NCBI GenBank assembly: GCA_949358305.1
Contig: OX442314.1
Span: forward strand, 32,984,001 to 33,048,000
Length of the DNA: 64,000 nt
Direction of reading: 5' to 3'
From: Strigamia acuminata
Taxonomy: Eukaryota
Part shown: in pieces, positions 1 to 12,556 of the stretch
Position numbering within the stretch: position 1 is the stretch's first letter
How the letters are laid out: each line of letters opens with the position of its first letter
Translations under genes and position numbers: made by a program
Notes under the pieces: model-generated
What the model saw: only the letters and a program-made list of their open reading frames with translations
Database searches by the model: none
What the model was told of the DNA's origin: nothing

Positions 1-26
1 GTATTAGAATTGTAGCCACAATGTAA

Positions 27-581
27 ATGCCATTTGATAAAAAGTTCATCATTGGCGTCTATCATTCCGTGACAAGAAGTGACCGATTTGCTTTACAGCC
101 TATGGCTGAAATCTCTATAAAACCAATTAAAAAATGGAGGAAAAAGACGGTTTTTATTCCAAACGTGATCGTTTTCCCTCCATTCGAGGACGTTCCCCGT
201 TTAATGGAAATGTTCATCGAAGAAGTAAACACAATTCTTCAAAAGATGAAAAGAAGAGAATGTAAAGCCGAAGAAACCTTTTTTATGGCAGCCTACATCC
301 ACAATTCCTTCATTGACATCCATCCTTTTGTGGATGGAAACGGTCGCATCGCAACATTATTAGCGTCGTTGTCCCTTATAATAAGGAAATTTCCACCAAT
401 TTGCATAAGAGCTTGCAATAAAAATTATTATTTTAAAGCGCTTGTTGAAATGTGCACAACAAAAGATACGTCAATATTGGCTAACTTTTTTGCAAACGAA
501 ATGCGTATCACACAAGAATTAATGGCAATATTAATTAATGTCAGTAGTGAATTCAAAAATTACATGCAACAAAACAGCTGA
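27..581 (+). CDS. Fic-domain protein (FICD/HYPE-like catalytic C-terminal part), probably 5'-incomplete
   Basis: HNSFIDIHPFVDGNGR Fic motif followed by LLASLSLIIRKFPPICI..YYFKAL, like the FICD C-terminus; second Arg of HPFxDGNGRxxR is Thr. Confidence 0.8.
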   Translation: MPFDKKFIIGVYHSVTRSDRFALQPMAEISIKPIKKWRKKTVFIPNVIVFPPFEDVPRLMEMFIEEVNTILQKMKRRECKAEETFFMAAYIHNSFIDIHPFVDGNGRIATLLASLSLIIRKFPPICIRACNKNYYFKALVEMCTTKDTSILANFFANEMRITQELMAILINVSSEFKNYMQQNS

Positions 582-1044
582 TGGTGCCTTACATACACGG
601 AGAAAAGCCATCATGACTGCAGCACAAAGACACATCACCAAAACCGATGTGTCTGATTGTTAAGATTCCCAATCCCCAGCCAGGGCCGTCGCACGCTAGT
701 CAACCGACTGGCAGTGTATCAACCACCCGTTCCTGATTGGAGGCTGGACTTTTATTAAGAGATTGATTGCTAACCATAGCAATCAATGTCATCATCATGA
801 AACTTCCATATTTCCCCCTTAGAAACGATTGACCAGGTAACGGCATAATAAAGTGTGAAACTACTTTCATTTAATTTCTAATCTAAAATTTTTGTTGCCT
901 TTCTCCTCCAGTTTTTTAATTTGCTAGTGATGATATGGAGGCTTGAGATTTTCTTCAAGTATGGCTACTGTGAGAGTGAAATTTCCATTCTAAGAAGACA
1001 GCTAAATGCCATGCCAAGACATGCATTCGGCAACCATTCTAGGC

Positions 1045-1470
1045 CCTGTAATAACAGAAGCAATGAATTAGGGAAATTCTGAAGTGACTACCGTAAGAGC
1101 AAAGTATGAAGAAGTGATGAATGTTCAAGTAAATCAGTGTGGACTGTTTGTTGATGTAAATAATCCCATTCTGGCTGCATCGCCTGATGGCATTGGAACA
1201 CTAAGTAATGAGACGTACATTCTTGAGATTTAATGTCCATACACTTCTAGAAAGTGTCCATCAGTAAGCCAAGCTTGCAGTTCATTTAAGTCCTTCCCTC
1301 TCTCAAAAACTGCAAAAGGCCGAATTTCAACTGAGTAAAGGCCATCCTTACTACTTTCAAATTCAGATCCAGTTACAATGTACAGGTGTAAAAAGATGCG
1401 ATTTTGTAGTTTATATTGACAAGGACGAAATATTGAACTTAAACACTGACAAATGCATCCCCCTCAATCA
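1045..1470 (+). pseudogene. YqaJ/lambda-exonuclease-like PD-(D/E)xK nuclease relic
   Basis: Manual translation: CGLFV..LAASPDG..LEI*CPY..(frameshift)..HPYYFQIQIQLQCTG..CDFVVY; in-frame stops. Confidence 0.8.
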
Positions 1471-1679
1471 TGTAGAAATATTATTCGCCTCAAAAATAAA
1501 TCCAACTGGCACAGAATTAGAACAGTATAGGTAAGGAATATATTTCGCACATTAAAGAGACGCGCGAAATAGGGTCCTGGCTGGTTAATAAAATGCATTT
1601 ATATGTCCTCCAATATTTTATTACAAAAAAAAACAAAGGCCCTGAAAAGTGACACAAATATCAATTCTTTTTACCTAGG

Positions 1680-1714
1680 TAACCTAACCTAACCTAACCT
1701 AACCTAACCTAACC
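1680..1714 (-). repeat. (TTAGG)7 arthropod telomere-type interstitial tract
   Basis: (TAACC)7 on + strand. Confidence 0.9.
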
Positions 1715-1720
1715 GACTAT

Positions 1721-1900
1721 ATGAGTTGACGGGACCTGAAGGATTGCATGGAGAAAGCTGGAAAGGTGGTGCACGCGGAAGCGCATAGAATTAGGAAAAA
1801 CGAAGGTTTTGTTGATTTTGCGACGGAACGGGATCGAGGAATGGCGATCGAAATGTTCCACAACACCGAATTGCACGGGCGGCGCGTGCGATTGGTAAGA
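1721..1900 (+). pseudogene. SR-protein RRM2 (SRSF4/5/6/B52-type) fragment
   Basis: MS*RDLKDCMEKAGKVVHAEAHRIRKNEGFVDFAT..AIEMFHNTELHGRRVRLV matches the SWQDLKD-type pseudo-RRM; copy at 7719 reads SWRDLKD. Confidence 0.8.
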
Positions 1901-2163
1901 CCGAACATGGAGATGAGTGTTTAATTCATGTCATTTGAAGAGTGTTTATTTTTAGTTACAATATATTATGTCATGTGTATCAGTACAGGATTACCAGCTA
2001 GTAGAATTAATTTCTTTGTAACAATTAGACCTCCAGCAGTGATGCCCAATCAAAAGGAGGAATCGAAAAGAAGAGTAAGAAACCGAAAATGCTCAATTCA
2101 AAAGGAGGAATCGGAAAGAAGAGTAAGAAACCGTCCAAGAAACCGTCAAAACCTGCCAAATAC

Positions 2164-4202
2164 TAGGGATTGCAGTACCAGTTTCAGTATCGGTTCCAGT
2201 ACCGGTATTGGTACCGAGATTCAGTACCAGTCTTGGTATTGAGGTTTTTTTTTCTGTCGGTACGGAGGGCCGGTACTAGTACCGTAAGCTTTTTTTGGTA
2301 CCGGAACCGTCCCTCACACTGGAACCGGAACCGGTACTTTACATCATCATAAACAACACAACAACGCCAACTACTACCAGCATTTCTAATGATGTAGGAG
2401 GTGACTAATTTTATTTCACTCGTTATTTACTCTTTTTAAAAACTTTGAAATAGTAATAAAATGGCAAATGGCTGAACTAGAACAGCAAGCATTTGAATAT
2501 GGCATAAAAAAAAGACTTTTACTAAATTTCCAAATCTGGTGCCACAACTTCAAACCCCAATATCTCAACAACCAGACCACGGATTTTTTTATTTAAAAAA
2601 CCAAACGATATAGAGGACCTTCTCCTCTACAAACCCTAAAAGGCAGAACACTCTACCCCTCTTGGTTTTCGAGCGGCGACCGCTTGAATTTGGCGCAACT
2701 GAAATTAGAAAACCCAAATATTCCATGTTTTTAGCATTTTTGATTTCAGCGTTTTTGATTTCAGGGTTTTTGTTTTCCGCATTTTTGTAATTCAGCGTTT
2801 TATGTTTTCAGCGTTGTTGTATTTCAGAGTTTTTGATTTCCGTGCTTGCTACACGAAGGATTCCCGAAGTGCTCCCCAGCAGGCTCCCCAATGTTTAAGT
2901 GTCCGCCGCTTGAAACGAAAACTAAGAGGGGTAGAGTGTTTGACCCATCTTAGGAGTCCAAAGGACATAAATCATGATCATCAGCAGGCTCCGCTAATGT
3001 CAATCATTGCCACCAGGTGTCGCGGCGGCCATCTTTGTTGTTGTCAAAAACACACGTGTTGGCCAAATTCCTTCGGAAATCTTTAAGACCCGGATTTTGC
3101 GCATGCGCAGAATCTGGGTCAGATAATGCCCATCTTAGGGAGAGATGGGAGGCCAATTCTTTCGGGTTGGAAGGGTTAAGGGTTTGTAGAGAAGGTCCTC
3201 TATACTGTTTAGTTATTTAAATAAAAAAATCCGTGATCAGGTTGTTGAGATATTGGGGTTTGAAGTTGTGGCACCAGATTTGGAAATTTAGTACAAGTCT
3301 TTTTTGTGCCATATTCAAATGCTTGCTGCTCGAAAACTAAGAGGAGTAGAGACTTGTGCTGTTCAAGGTTTGTTTGGGAGAAAGTCCTCTATATTTTCGT
3401 GTAAAAACCATTGAAATCCGTGGTAAAAATAATTGGGATTTGTTCTATCTGTAGTTTGGGCAAATGTGAATGTGGTGCCAACTTCAGCCTGGTGAATAAA
3501 TTGCAGTACTTTAGTATTATCTAATTATACATGACAAATAAACATTTTTGTTGAAAAATAGATTGACTTTCCAGAACCGGAACCAATACCGGTGCCAGTA
3601 CCGCTTTCGGTAGTAGTACCGGCCCCAATACCGGAGCCCATTTTTCATTCGGGACCGGAACTGAATATAGTACCGGAAAAAAATTTCAGTACCGTGTGAA
3701 AATCCCAGTTTGTGAATGTTAAAAGTTCTCTTTTTGATGTAAATTCAGTTGGTTCAGGTTTCGAAAATGTCTAAGTTCTTTTTCAGTGTGTGAATACAAA
3801 TAAATTCTAACTGCTCAACAAGAGCAGTCCTGCTTGGGTAAAGTGAAAATGTTGTACTGGTTTATTCTCGTTGGAAAACGATGTTAAATACACAAAATAA
3901 TTAGTTCTTGGAAACAAGAACAAAAACATGCACAATAATTAGTTCTCAGAAAATGAGAACAAAAAGTCAAAAAAGGTCACAGACCCAAAACAATACAAAA
4001 ACGTCACCACATCTGGTGGAAATTAGAAACAACAAAGACTCGGGTTTTCCCTTCAAAATTTTGCAGAAGGCAATTAAAACAGATTACAAAAAATCCAAAT
4101 ATTCCCAACACCAATTTAATATAAAATTGAAATACACTAAAACACTAGTTTTCACATACCGAATACCGGTACCATGAAAACCGTCCGGTACTGCAATCCC
4201 TA
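2164..4202. mobile_element. Non-autonomous hAT-like DNA transposon with nested inverted-repeat sequence
   Basis: TIR TAGGGATTGCAGTACC / GGTACTGCAATCCCTA; 8-bp TSD CCAAATAC (2156-2163, 4203-4210); absent from the duplicate block near 7960. Confidence 0.85.
2483..3330. repeat. Long imperfect inverted repeat (foldback-like) inside the hAT element
   Basis: ~2483-2690 is the reverse complement of ~2905-2945 plus ~3175-3330; the right arm recurs at ~13785-14218. Confidence 0.7.
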
Positions 4203-5743
4203 CCAAATACTAACTTACTTATTTAACCTGATGCATTTTGAGGCAAAAGGTTATTTTTAATTTTTTTTGCTTTACTCCAAACCGTCCCATCGTTGTTCCA
4301 ACTAAATTTGATTAAATTTTAGCCTGATAATTAATTTTTTGGTCTCAATGATTTTATGGGCCTACATGTGAATCTATGGTGTCGAGGTTAATTTTTTGGG
4401 CCTAAACTTGAATTTTTGATCATGTCATTTTTGTCATTGTATTGTTTTTATTTTATTAGTTTACCTTTTCAATCAAAACATTGTGATTGTTCAGTTGCTG
4501 CTTGTTTTTGGTCAAGTAAAGATCAAACAGAATTTGTTTTTCATTAATGAACAAGAACCCACACCAAAAAGAATTAACTGGATTACCACATACATGGGCA
4601 CCTTTAAAATAAGCCAGAGTTTACAAGGATTGCGCACAGGCGTTTGAGCAGAAAGACCTTTTATGTGAGTCCAATGGCTCACCGATTCCAATTAGCAGTT
4701 TAACTGGTAGAATGTGGTCTTCTTAGACATGCGTTTGGTGGATGTTGACTTGGCAGTAATGGTGCACCAAGCATGATCTAGAGGGATCGACAGCAAAGAG
4801 CAATTGCCAAACGACCTAGCTTGTGATGTAGATCTACCAACCGTGTGGACAGTGACGGACCAATATGCTAGTTGGCAGCAATAAACCTAAAGTACAGTAC
4901 ACCTAAGTAATTTTGCATCTTGTGTAGTTCCCGACCTCTTACAGCAGGTCAGGCATTACAATACACAATCAATAATAATAATAATAATAATAAATCTAAA
5001 TCTCACAACACAGTCCATATACAATATTGGTACCGCCATATTATCCGAGTGTTAAATTTAAAATGGCAGATATAAATTTTTCCTTTTTCTTCTGCTTTAT
5101 TAAGATGGGCAGGCACACTTCAAATCCCAAAGAAGGGCAAGTTTAACCCCTTCAACCCCAGAGATGGAAAAACTTTTCTTTGCTTAAAATGAGCAGATAT
5201 ATTATTTATTTCTTCTGCTTTAAAACGGCCAGGCATAAATATTTCTTTTTTCTGCCCTAAAATGGCAACTCTTGATCCCGGGAGGACAATTTCGACCCTA
5301 AGATGAAAACGCACATTTTACATCATTTACATCATTTTTCCTTTTTATATGACGTCCATTTTCCAAACTACCTTAAAAATTTAACCATTTTCATTTGTTA
5401 TTATGGTTAATAATTTAGAACTAGCAAACCCGCTAATCCTTTTTAAGACTGTTCAGGATCTTATTATGATGTTTACTTGTTTTATATATACTTGTTTATC
5501 TTTTTAGATGTAAGACATGTCTTACAGTTATCGCTGCCAACCAACAATTGCCATTGAGACACGATCATGCGGGATTCCAAGCACCAACTGCCCAAATTGT
5601 TTCAGAAATATAAGATACAATATGTAAATATAATTTTAATTGTATTATTTTATACTTTATTTTTATATTTTTATATAGTCATTACAAGGACCACTCATCG
5701 GCGCAGAGGGGCTATTTGTATTAGAATTGTAGCCACAATGTAA

Positions 5744-5947
5744 ATGCCATTTGATAGAAAGTTCATCATTGACGTCCATCATTCCGTGACAAGAAGTGAC
5801 CGTTTTGCTTTACAGCCTACGTGTGAAAACTCCATAAAACCAATTAAAAAATAGAGGAACAGGACGGTTTTTATTCCGAATGTGGTTGTTTTCCCTCCAT
5901 TTGAGGACGTTCCCCGTTTAATGGAACTGTTCATCGAAGAAGTCAAT
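5744..5947 (+). pseudogene. Truncated Fic paralog
   Basis: Near-identical to 27-230; TGG>TAG at 5852; catalytic motif lost and replaced by unrelated sequence 5950-6843. Confidence 0.85.
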
Positions 5948-7254
5948 AACGTGTCGTTGGGTTATTTTAATTGTTTTTGTTTTTTCAAGTGGTGGTCGCT
6001 AAAGTGGAATGATCTTTTATTTTATTTTAACTGTTTTTGTTTCTGCTTAAATTTTTTAGTGTAACTGCGCGCAAGACCGCTTTAAAAATCTCAGTACAGA
6101 CATACAAGTATGTTGTCTGTTCCTCATTAATGACGACCCCGCCACCCAATGAGGCAAAAAAGACCAAGTTGGACGTCTAAATGTCGGACTGGTGGGACCT
6201 CCAATCCCTTTGCCATCAAGCCCAGGCAGACTTCATGGCAAAACGGCTGCGGACTCGCATCAAACAGCATGCGACAAGTTTGCGAGCAGAAGGGCCAAAA
6301 AGCAGGCCACACAGCAGAAGCTGAGGCTGCGTCCCAGCCGCAGCAGCCCAACCCCAACCCGAAGTATTGCACAACGTGTTGGTCCATTCGAACGACACCT
6401 TGGCCCAACACAACTAACCCCATTGGAAGTCTTCGAACAAGAAATTTCGAACGCTCCTGTCCGCACCCGGAGTTGAGACAGGATTCCGATCCTGACACAG
6501 TCCCTAGCCGATATGCCGATGGACCTACAGCAGGCCGGCACTAGCGCTGAGTTGCCAGCGGTCCAACGGCCACCCATCGACTCCGAGTCGGACGTGATGC
6601 AGTTGGCGGGACTCGATGGCTTGTCTCTTGAACAACATTTGCAGCGCTTAGCCCCTGCTGAAGACTTGGGTTCTGTGCATCGTGACCCCCGTAATTTTTG
6701 GAAGTTTGTTAAACCGAGATATCGTCCCACTCACTTGGACGTTGTCTTGGACAATGGGGAGGGGCCTCCTTACTGCGGACGCAACTATCCTGGAAGGATT
6801 ATTTATGTGGTGTATTGGCACCACATGGAATGATGACGACGTGTTAAGAGATTGATTGCTAACCATCATCATGAAGCTTCTATATTTTACCCGGGACGTG
6901 GTAAGTGCAGCGACCTGAAATGGTTAACCAGGTAACGGCATAATAAAGTGTAAAACTCCTACTTTCATTTAATTTCTAATCTAAAATTTTCGTTGCCTTT
7001 CTCCTCCACTTTTTTTAATTTGCTAGTGATGATATGGGGGTTTGAAATTTTATTTTATTTTCTTCACGTATGGCTACTGAGAGTGAAATTTCCATTCTAA
7101 GAAGACAGCTAAATGCCATGCCAAGACATGCATTCGGCAACCAAACTAAATGTCACAAAGATGACTTGCAAACAAGATACTGAATCTGATAGTTAAAAGA
7201 ATGAACAATGAACTAATGAACTAATGAACTAATGATGACTACAATTGAAGATGT

Positions 7255-7530
7255 ATCCATCAGATAGTCAAGCTTGCAGTTCATTTAAGTTCCTTCCCTC
7301 TCTCAAATACTGCAAAAGGCCGAATTTCAACTGATGAGTAAAGGCCATCCTTACTACTTTCAAATTCAGATCCAGTTACAATGTACAGGTGTAAAAGGAT
7401 GCGATTTTGTGGTTTATTTGGACGAGGGCAAAATATTGAACTTAAACACTGACAAATGCATCCCCCTCAATCATGTAGAAATATTATTCGCCTCAAAAAT
7501 AAATCCAACTGGCACAGAATTAAACCAGCG
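7255..7530 (+). pseudogene. YqaJ-like nuclease relic, copy 2 (C-terminal part)
   Basis: GHPYYFQIQIQLQCTGVKGCDFVVY. Confidence 0.75.
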
Positions 7531-7682
7531 TAGGTAAAAAATGTATTTCGCACATTAAAGAGACGCGCGAAATAGGGTCCTGGCTGGTTAATAAAATGCA
7601 TTTGTACGCCCTCCAATATTTTATTACGAAAAAAAACAAAGGCCCTGAAAAGTGACACAAATATCAATTCTTTTTACCTAGG

Positions 7683-7712
7683 TAACCTAACCTAACCTAA
7701 CCTAACCTAACC
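7683..7712 (-). repeat. (TTAGG)6 tract, copy 2
   Basis: (TAACC)6. Confidence 0.9.
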
Positions 7713-7718
7713 GACTAT

Positions 7719-7880
7719 ATGAGTTGGCGGGACCTGAAGGATTGCATGGAGAAGGCTGAAAAGGTGGTGCCCGCGGAAGCGCATAGAATTAGGAAAAAAC
7801 GAAGGTTTTGTTGATTTTGCGACGGAATTGGATCGAGGAATGACGATCGAAATGTTCCACAACACCGAATTGCAAGACCG
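7719..7880 (+). pseudogene. SR-protein RRM2 fragment, copy 2
   Basis: MSWRDLKDCMEKAEKVV..; +1 A frameshift and an internal deletion relative to copy 1. Confidence 0.75.
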
Positions 7881-9082
7881 AACGTGGAGATGAGTGTTTA
7901 ATTTATGTCATTTGAAGAGTGTTTATTTTTAGTTACAATATATTATGTCATGTGTATCAGTATAACATTAGAATGTGTCATTGTATTGTTTCTTTGTTTT
8001 ATTAGTTTACCTTTTTAATCAAAACATTGTGATTGTTCAGTTGTTGCTTGTTTTTGGTCAAGTAAAGATCAAACAGTATTTGTTTATCATTAATGCACAA
8101 GAACCCACACCAAAAAGAATTAACTGGATTACCACGTGAGCACCTTTAAAATAAGCCTTGCAAAGGATTGCGCACAGGCGTTTGTGCAGAAAGACCTTTT
8201 ATATCAGCACGAGGGCACGAGTAATGGTGCACCAAGCTTGATCTAGAGGGATCGACAACAAAGAGCATTTGCCAAACGACCTAGCTTGTGATGTAGGTCT
8301 ACCAACCGTGTGGACAGTGACTGACCAATACGCTAGTTGGGACCGATACGCTAGTTGGCAGCAATAAACCTAAAGTACTGTACACCTAAGTAATTTTGCA
8401 TCTTGTGTAGTACCCGACTTCTTACAGCAGGTCAGCCGTTACAATACACAATCAATAATAATAATAAAAATAAATCTAAATCTCACAACACAGCCCATAT
8501 ACCTTCGAACAATATTGGTACCGTCATATTATCCAAGTGTTAAATGTAAAATGGCAGATATAAATTTTTCTTTTTTCTTCTGCTTTATTAAGATGGGCAG
8601 GCACACTTCAAATCCCAAAGAAGGGCAAGTTTATCCCCTCCAACCCCAGAGAAGGAAAAACTTTTCTTTGCTTTAAATGAGCAGATATATTGTTTATGTC
8701 TTCTGCTTTAAAACGGACAAACATAAATATTTCCTTTTTCTGCCCTAAAATGGCAACTCTTGATCCCGGGAGGACAATTTCGACCCTAAGATGAAAACGC
8801 ACATTTTACATCATTTAAATCATTTTTCTTTTTTATATGACGTCCATTTTCCAAAAAATTTAACCATTTTTATTTGTTATTTTGGTTAATAATTCAGAAC
8901 TAGCAAACCCGCTCATCCTTTTTAAGACTGTTCAGTATCTTATTAAATTCCAGCAGATAATTTCTGTTGGAATTTAATCAATAAGCTGGCATATATTTCT
9001 TTCACATGTCATGTTGTAGCTATCCACACTCACAACATGCACCATTTTCCAATACTGTTTCCATCGGCTTATTAGTTATGAA

Positions 9083-9609
9083 TAGACCCCGGATATGTAT
9101 GCAAAATAAATTCCGTTATATGCGCATATAATATGCACCAAAAATTCCAATATATGCAAAAAAAAAAATTGAAATATGCAAAATAAAAAAATTTATTCGA
9201 GTGAAATCAGGTGTCAAATAACAACTAAATGCCATTTCATAGTGTTCTTGATGTAAATGAACAAATATTAGCAATTACAATTCATTTTTTCTACTTTTTT
9301 ATTTGTTTATATCTTAAAATCTTTTCCAGACACTAATTTAGTGACTTCCCCTGGTGTCTGTTTTTGGCGAAATCTTCAGTTTTATGAACGTAAGAATGCG
9401 TACATGATACGTGTCTTGAAAAAAAGGCAAAAATTGATACGTACATGTTACGTATCGTCAAAAGGGACATAAATTGCCGTTTTTTCCCGGAAAAATGGCA
9501 ATATATGCATTTATTTTTCGATTTTCGGCAAATATGCAATATAAGCCAATTTCGGCTAAATATGCAAAATACATATGCAACATGCATTTATGCATTTATC
9601 CGGGGTCTA
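9083..9609. mobile_element. hAT-like MITE
   Basis: TIR TAGACCCCGGATA / TATCCGGGGTCTA; 8-bp TSD GTTATGAA; empty site in paralogous block at ~22004. Confidence 0.9.
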
Positions 9610-11329
9610 GTTATGAAAAGAATTGGCGAGCTGCACTGCATTGTGTTCATTATCATTCAATGTGTCGGCGCCATTTGATTTGAATGCAGTCTTGCCATAC
9701 CAAAATCATGTAAACGCTCTTCTATTTTAGTAAATGCTACACTCATTTGATTTGAATGCAGTCTTACAGTAGTCTAAATCAAGAAAGCGAGAAAGAGGAA
9801 TAGAAAGCCCCAAAAGTAGTGATAACATGGAATCTAGAACGGAATTCGTGCAGCAACGACCCAAAAATTTGGCAACAACAAAAAAATTGAAAATAAATCA
9901 ACTTTTTTTTAAAAAAAATTTTCACAAATAAATATTGTGTTCCCAAAACAAGATTTACCGGTAATAATAATACATGTTGTTCAAAATGGCGACTACGATA
10001 TCATGATGCAATTCAAATGGCGGCGATGAAAGAACGAGAAAGGAGAAAAAAATCCGTAATAAATAAATACCGAAACACACTCCAGATAATGACTCGAAAT
10101 TAAATCGTAATCCAAACCATTTTCATCAAAACTCGAGCATAAAACATGAAAACAAACGAAGAAAAGCGGTGAGCACGAATAAATCACCGCCACAACGAAC
10201 CGACAAACAACGAGCTTCTTCTTCAGCTGTGGAGAATAATTGCGCATGCGTGACATACTCTCGTACCCGGCTCAACTCGTATACTCTCGAAGACGTTTAT
10301 AACGCAAATAACAATTAAAAATTATAATTCCTAAAAAAAACTCGGAAACTCCAACAAAATCAACTCACCGTGTTCAGGCTCGGTTGAAAACTGTAGAAAC
10401 CTGTAAAAACTGGTGTTTTAAAAGGACATGCCAATTGGGGGGAATTGGAGGTGGCGCCATGTTTGGCCACCAGAGGGTCACTTCAGTGACCCACAATGAA
10501 AACGGGTTGTTCTATTTTCAATGTATAAAGGGGGCGAAATAGTAAAGTAGCATTTCCTGTTTAATAAACAATCACTGTTCAAAATGTAATCCACCGTGTA
10601 TACATGCTTTTCTTGCAATCCAAACTAATCGGCTAAAACTAAAGACCATCGGACTTTAAAAGGTGTTTTATTTGGTTTTCCATTATAATTGGAGTTGATA
10701 GAATCAACAAAACCCCACGATAATAAATTATTTCCAGGACGGTTTAAGCGATACGCACAACAATAAAAATATAATAATAAAATTTAAAAACAACTCTGCA
10801 AACAGGTGTCTACAAGTTATTAGGCATGTGACAACTAATTTACCATCAGACAAAAACGCAGGTATTCCAGGTGACATTTGTCCCCAAGGTCCGATGTTGA
10901 CCGAACTGTCACTGTTAAAACTACAGTGGGTTTTTAAGAAGGATTGTGTTGTTGTGAAGCGAACCCCAAAGAGGGAGTTTGACCAGTTTGAGTGTTTTAA
11001 TCATTTTATGTCGTTTTTTGAGTGTTTCATCACGTTTTATCATTAGTTCTCAGGATTGCAGAGTGTATTTGTACTACTTTTCAAGTGATTTTGCATGTTT
11101 TATCGGATTTTGTCATCGTTTTGAGATATTTAATAAAGATTATGTTTTTTAGTTCATTTCGGTAGTAAAAGCAAACTCATGCTAAGAAATTGGATAAAGA
11201 CGACACGAATTTAGATGTAATTAATGTGAATTTGAATGGATTTGACGTGAAAATCTATACGAAGTCGAACGATACGAGGCCACACACGGAATGGCAACGT
11301 CGACGCTACGTGCGTGCGGAATCGCGTGG

Positions 11330-11403
11330 AATCTCGCGAGATCTCGCGAGTTTTGCGAGAACCAATCAGCGATTAGTGTATAATCCTTTTGTCTCTATTT
11401 AAA
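11330..11403 (+). promoter_or_regulatory. Putative promoter of the ORF at 11533
   Basis: Tandem TCTCGCGAG(A) palindromes, CCAATCAG, then TATTTAAA ~130 bp before the ATG. Confidence 0.45.
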
Positions 11404-11532
11404 CCGTGCATATTACGATGAATAAACCACTTGTTATTTTACTAACCTCCTGATTGCTTCGTGCCCGATATTTTCAATCGTCAGGAAGAAACGTCACTTT
11501 TGTTTTATACAAATTTATTGAAGAATCCCGTG

Positions 11533-12473
11533 ATGACAACAATAAGTTCCGACTTAGTATGCAACCAACAACCACCAACAGACGAAAAAATGCCGACTCG
11601 AACAAAATTGGGCGACAAATCGAGTAAAGCCAAGCGATTGGAAAAGCAGAGGATTAAACGGAAAGAAGCTGCCAAAGTGATCCGTAAAACCACAAAGATG
11701 CGGACGCGGTCAGTTGAGGAGCAAACTTTTGCCATGGCGAAAACGGTCTTAGGACAAAAGAAGAAAGTCAAAGCGAGTTTAAATAGAAGAAAACGACTCC
11801 TCGCCGACACAGAATACGTGGAAGGTTTAATAGACGCCGACGAAGAGAATTCAGCGCTGCACAGACACTTGATGACGTTAGATGGAATCGAGTTTGTCTC
11901 ATCACCGTCCCTGTCTCTCATTACGACTTTCCAAGACGAAGAAGAAGAAGAAGAAGAGAAAGAAAGTAGTAACGGATTGTTTAGACGCAATTCAGATGAA
12001 ATTGAGGCAAATATTGATCTTGAATCAGATTATGAAATATATATTGCCCAAATACCGGCCGACATACGAGGCGTGTATATTTCCGCTGCGATGCCGCCAG
12101 ATGCTGAAGCGAAGAATACGGAAAAGGAACGAGCGACGAAAGGAGCCGAGTGGGCCTTCAGGATTAGGCGTTACAACCGACGGAAAGAAGCGTGGGACAA
12201 GCACTTTTTGAGTTTATGGACGGAGCAAAGCGGGCGGCTCAAACAAGAGCTGAAAGACAGCAGAATGACGATCCTCGAGTTAAAAACGAAATTCGCGGAG
12301 AAACGCGACCACTTGTTGACAAAATCTAAATTGGCTTCTGTGGTCAGAGAAGCCAGCACGCAGAAACTCAAACCGAAACCGAAACAAAACCGCAGTGAAA
12401 AGATAAGTTTGGAGCTGCAAACTCCAGAATACACTTCAGAAATCACAAGTAACATCTCAGAGGAACGAGACAC
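11533..12473 (+). CDS. Orphan basic/acidic/helical exon, predicted exon 1 of a TFIIB-core fusion gene
   Basis: Long open frame (first ATG 11533) ending at AC|GTAAGC donor; 83-bp AT-rich intron 12474-12556 ending CACAG; splice is in frame with the TFIIB-like exon. Confidence 0.6.
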
Positions 12474-12556
12474 GTAAGCATAAAGTTTTATTTTATTTCT
12501 TTGCACTTTCCATATAAAACAGACTGCTCATTCTTTATAATTGTATAACATCACAG

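Larger units (their letters stand above)
5718..8945 (+). repeat. Second copy of tandem block (Fic-YqaJ-TTAGG-RRM-flank)
   Basis: 5718-5947 matches 1-230; 6845-7960 matches 756-1985; 7975-8945 matches 4430-5465; many substitutions and indels. Confidence 0.9.

Noticed and set aside
27..581. Bacterial Fic toxin-antitoxin module or contamination
   Set aside because: Eukaryotic TE context, intron-like sequence upstream of the paralog, no operon structure
1680..1714. True telomere
   Set aside because: Only 6-7 units, internal and duplicated with its flanks
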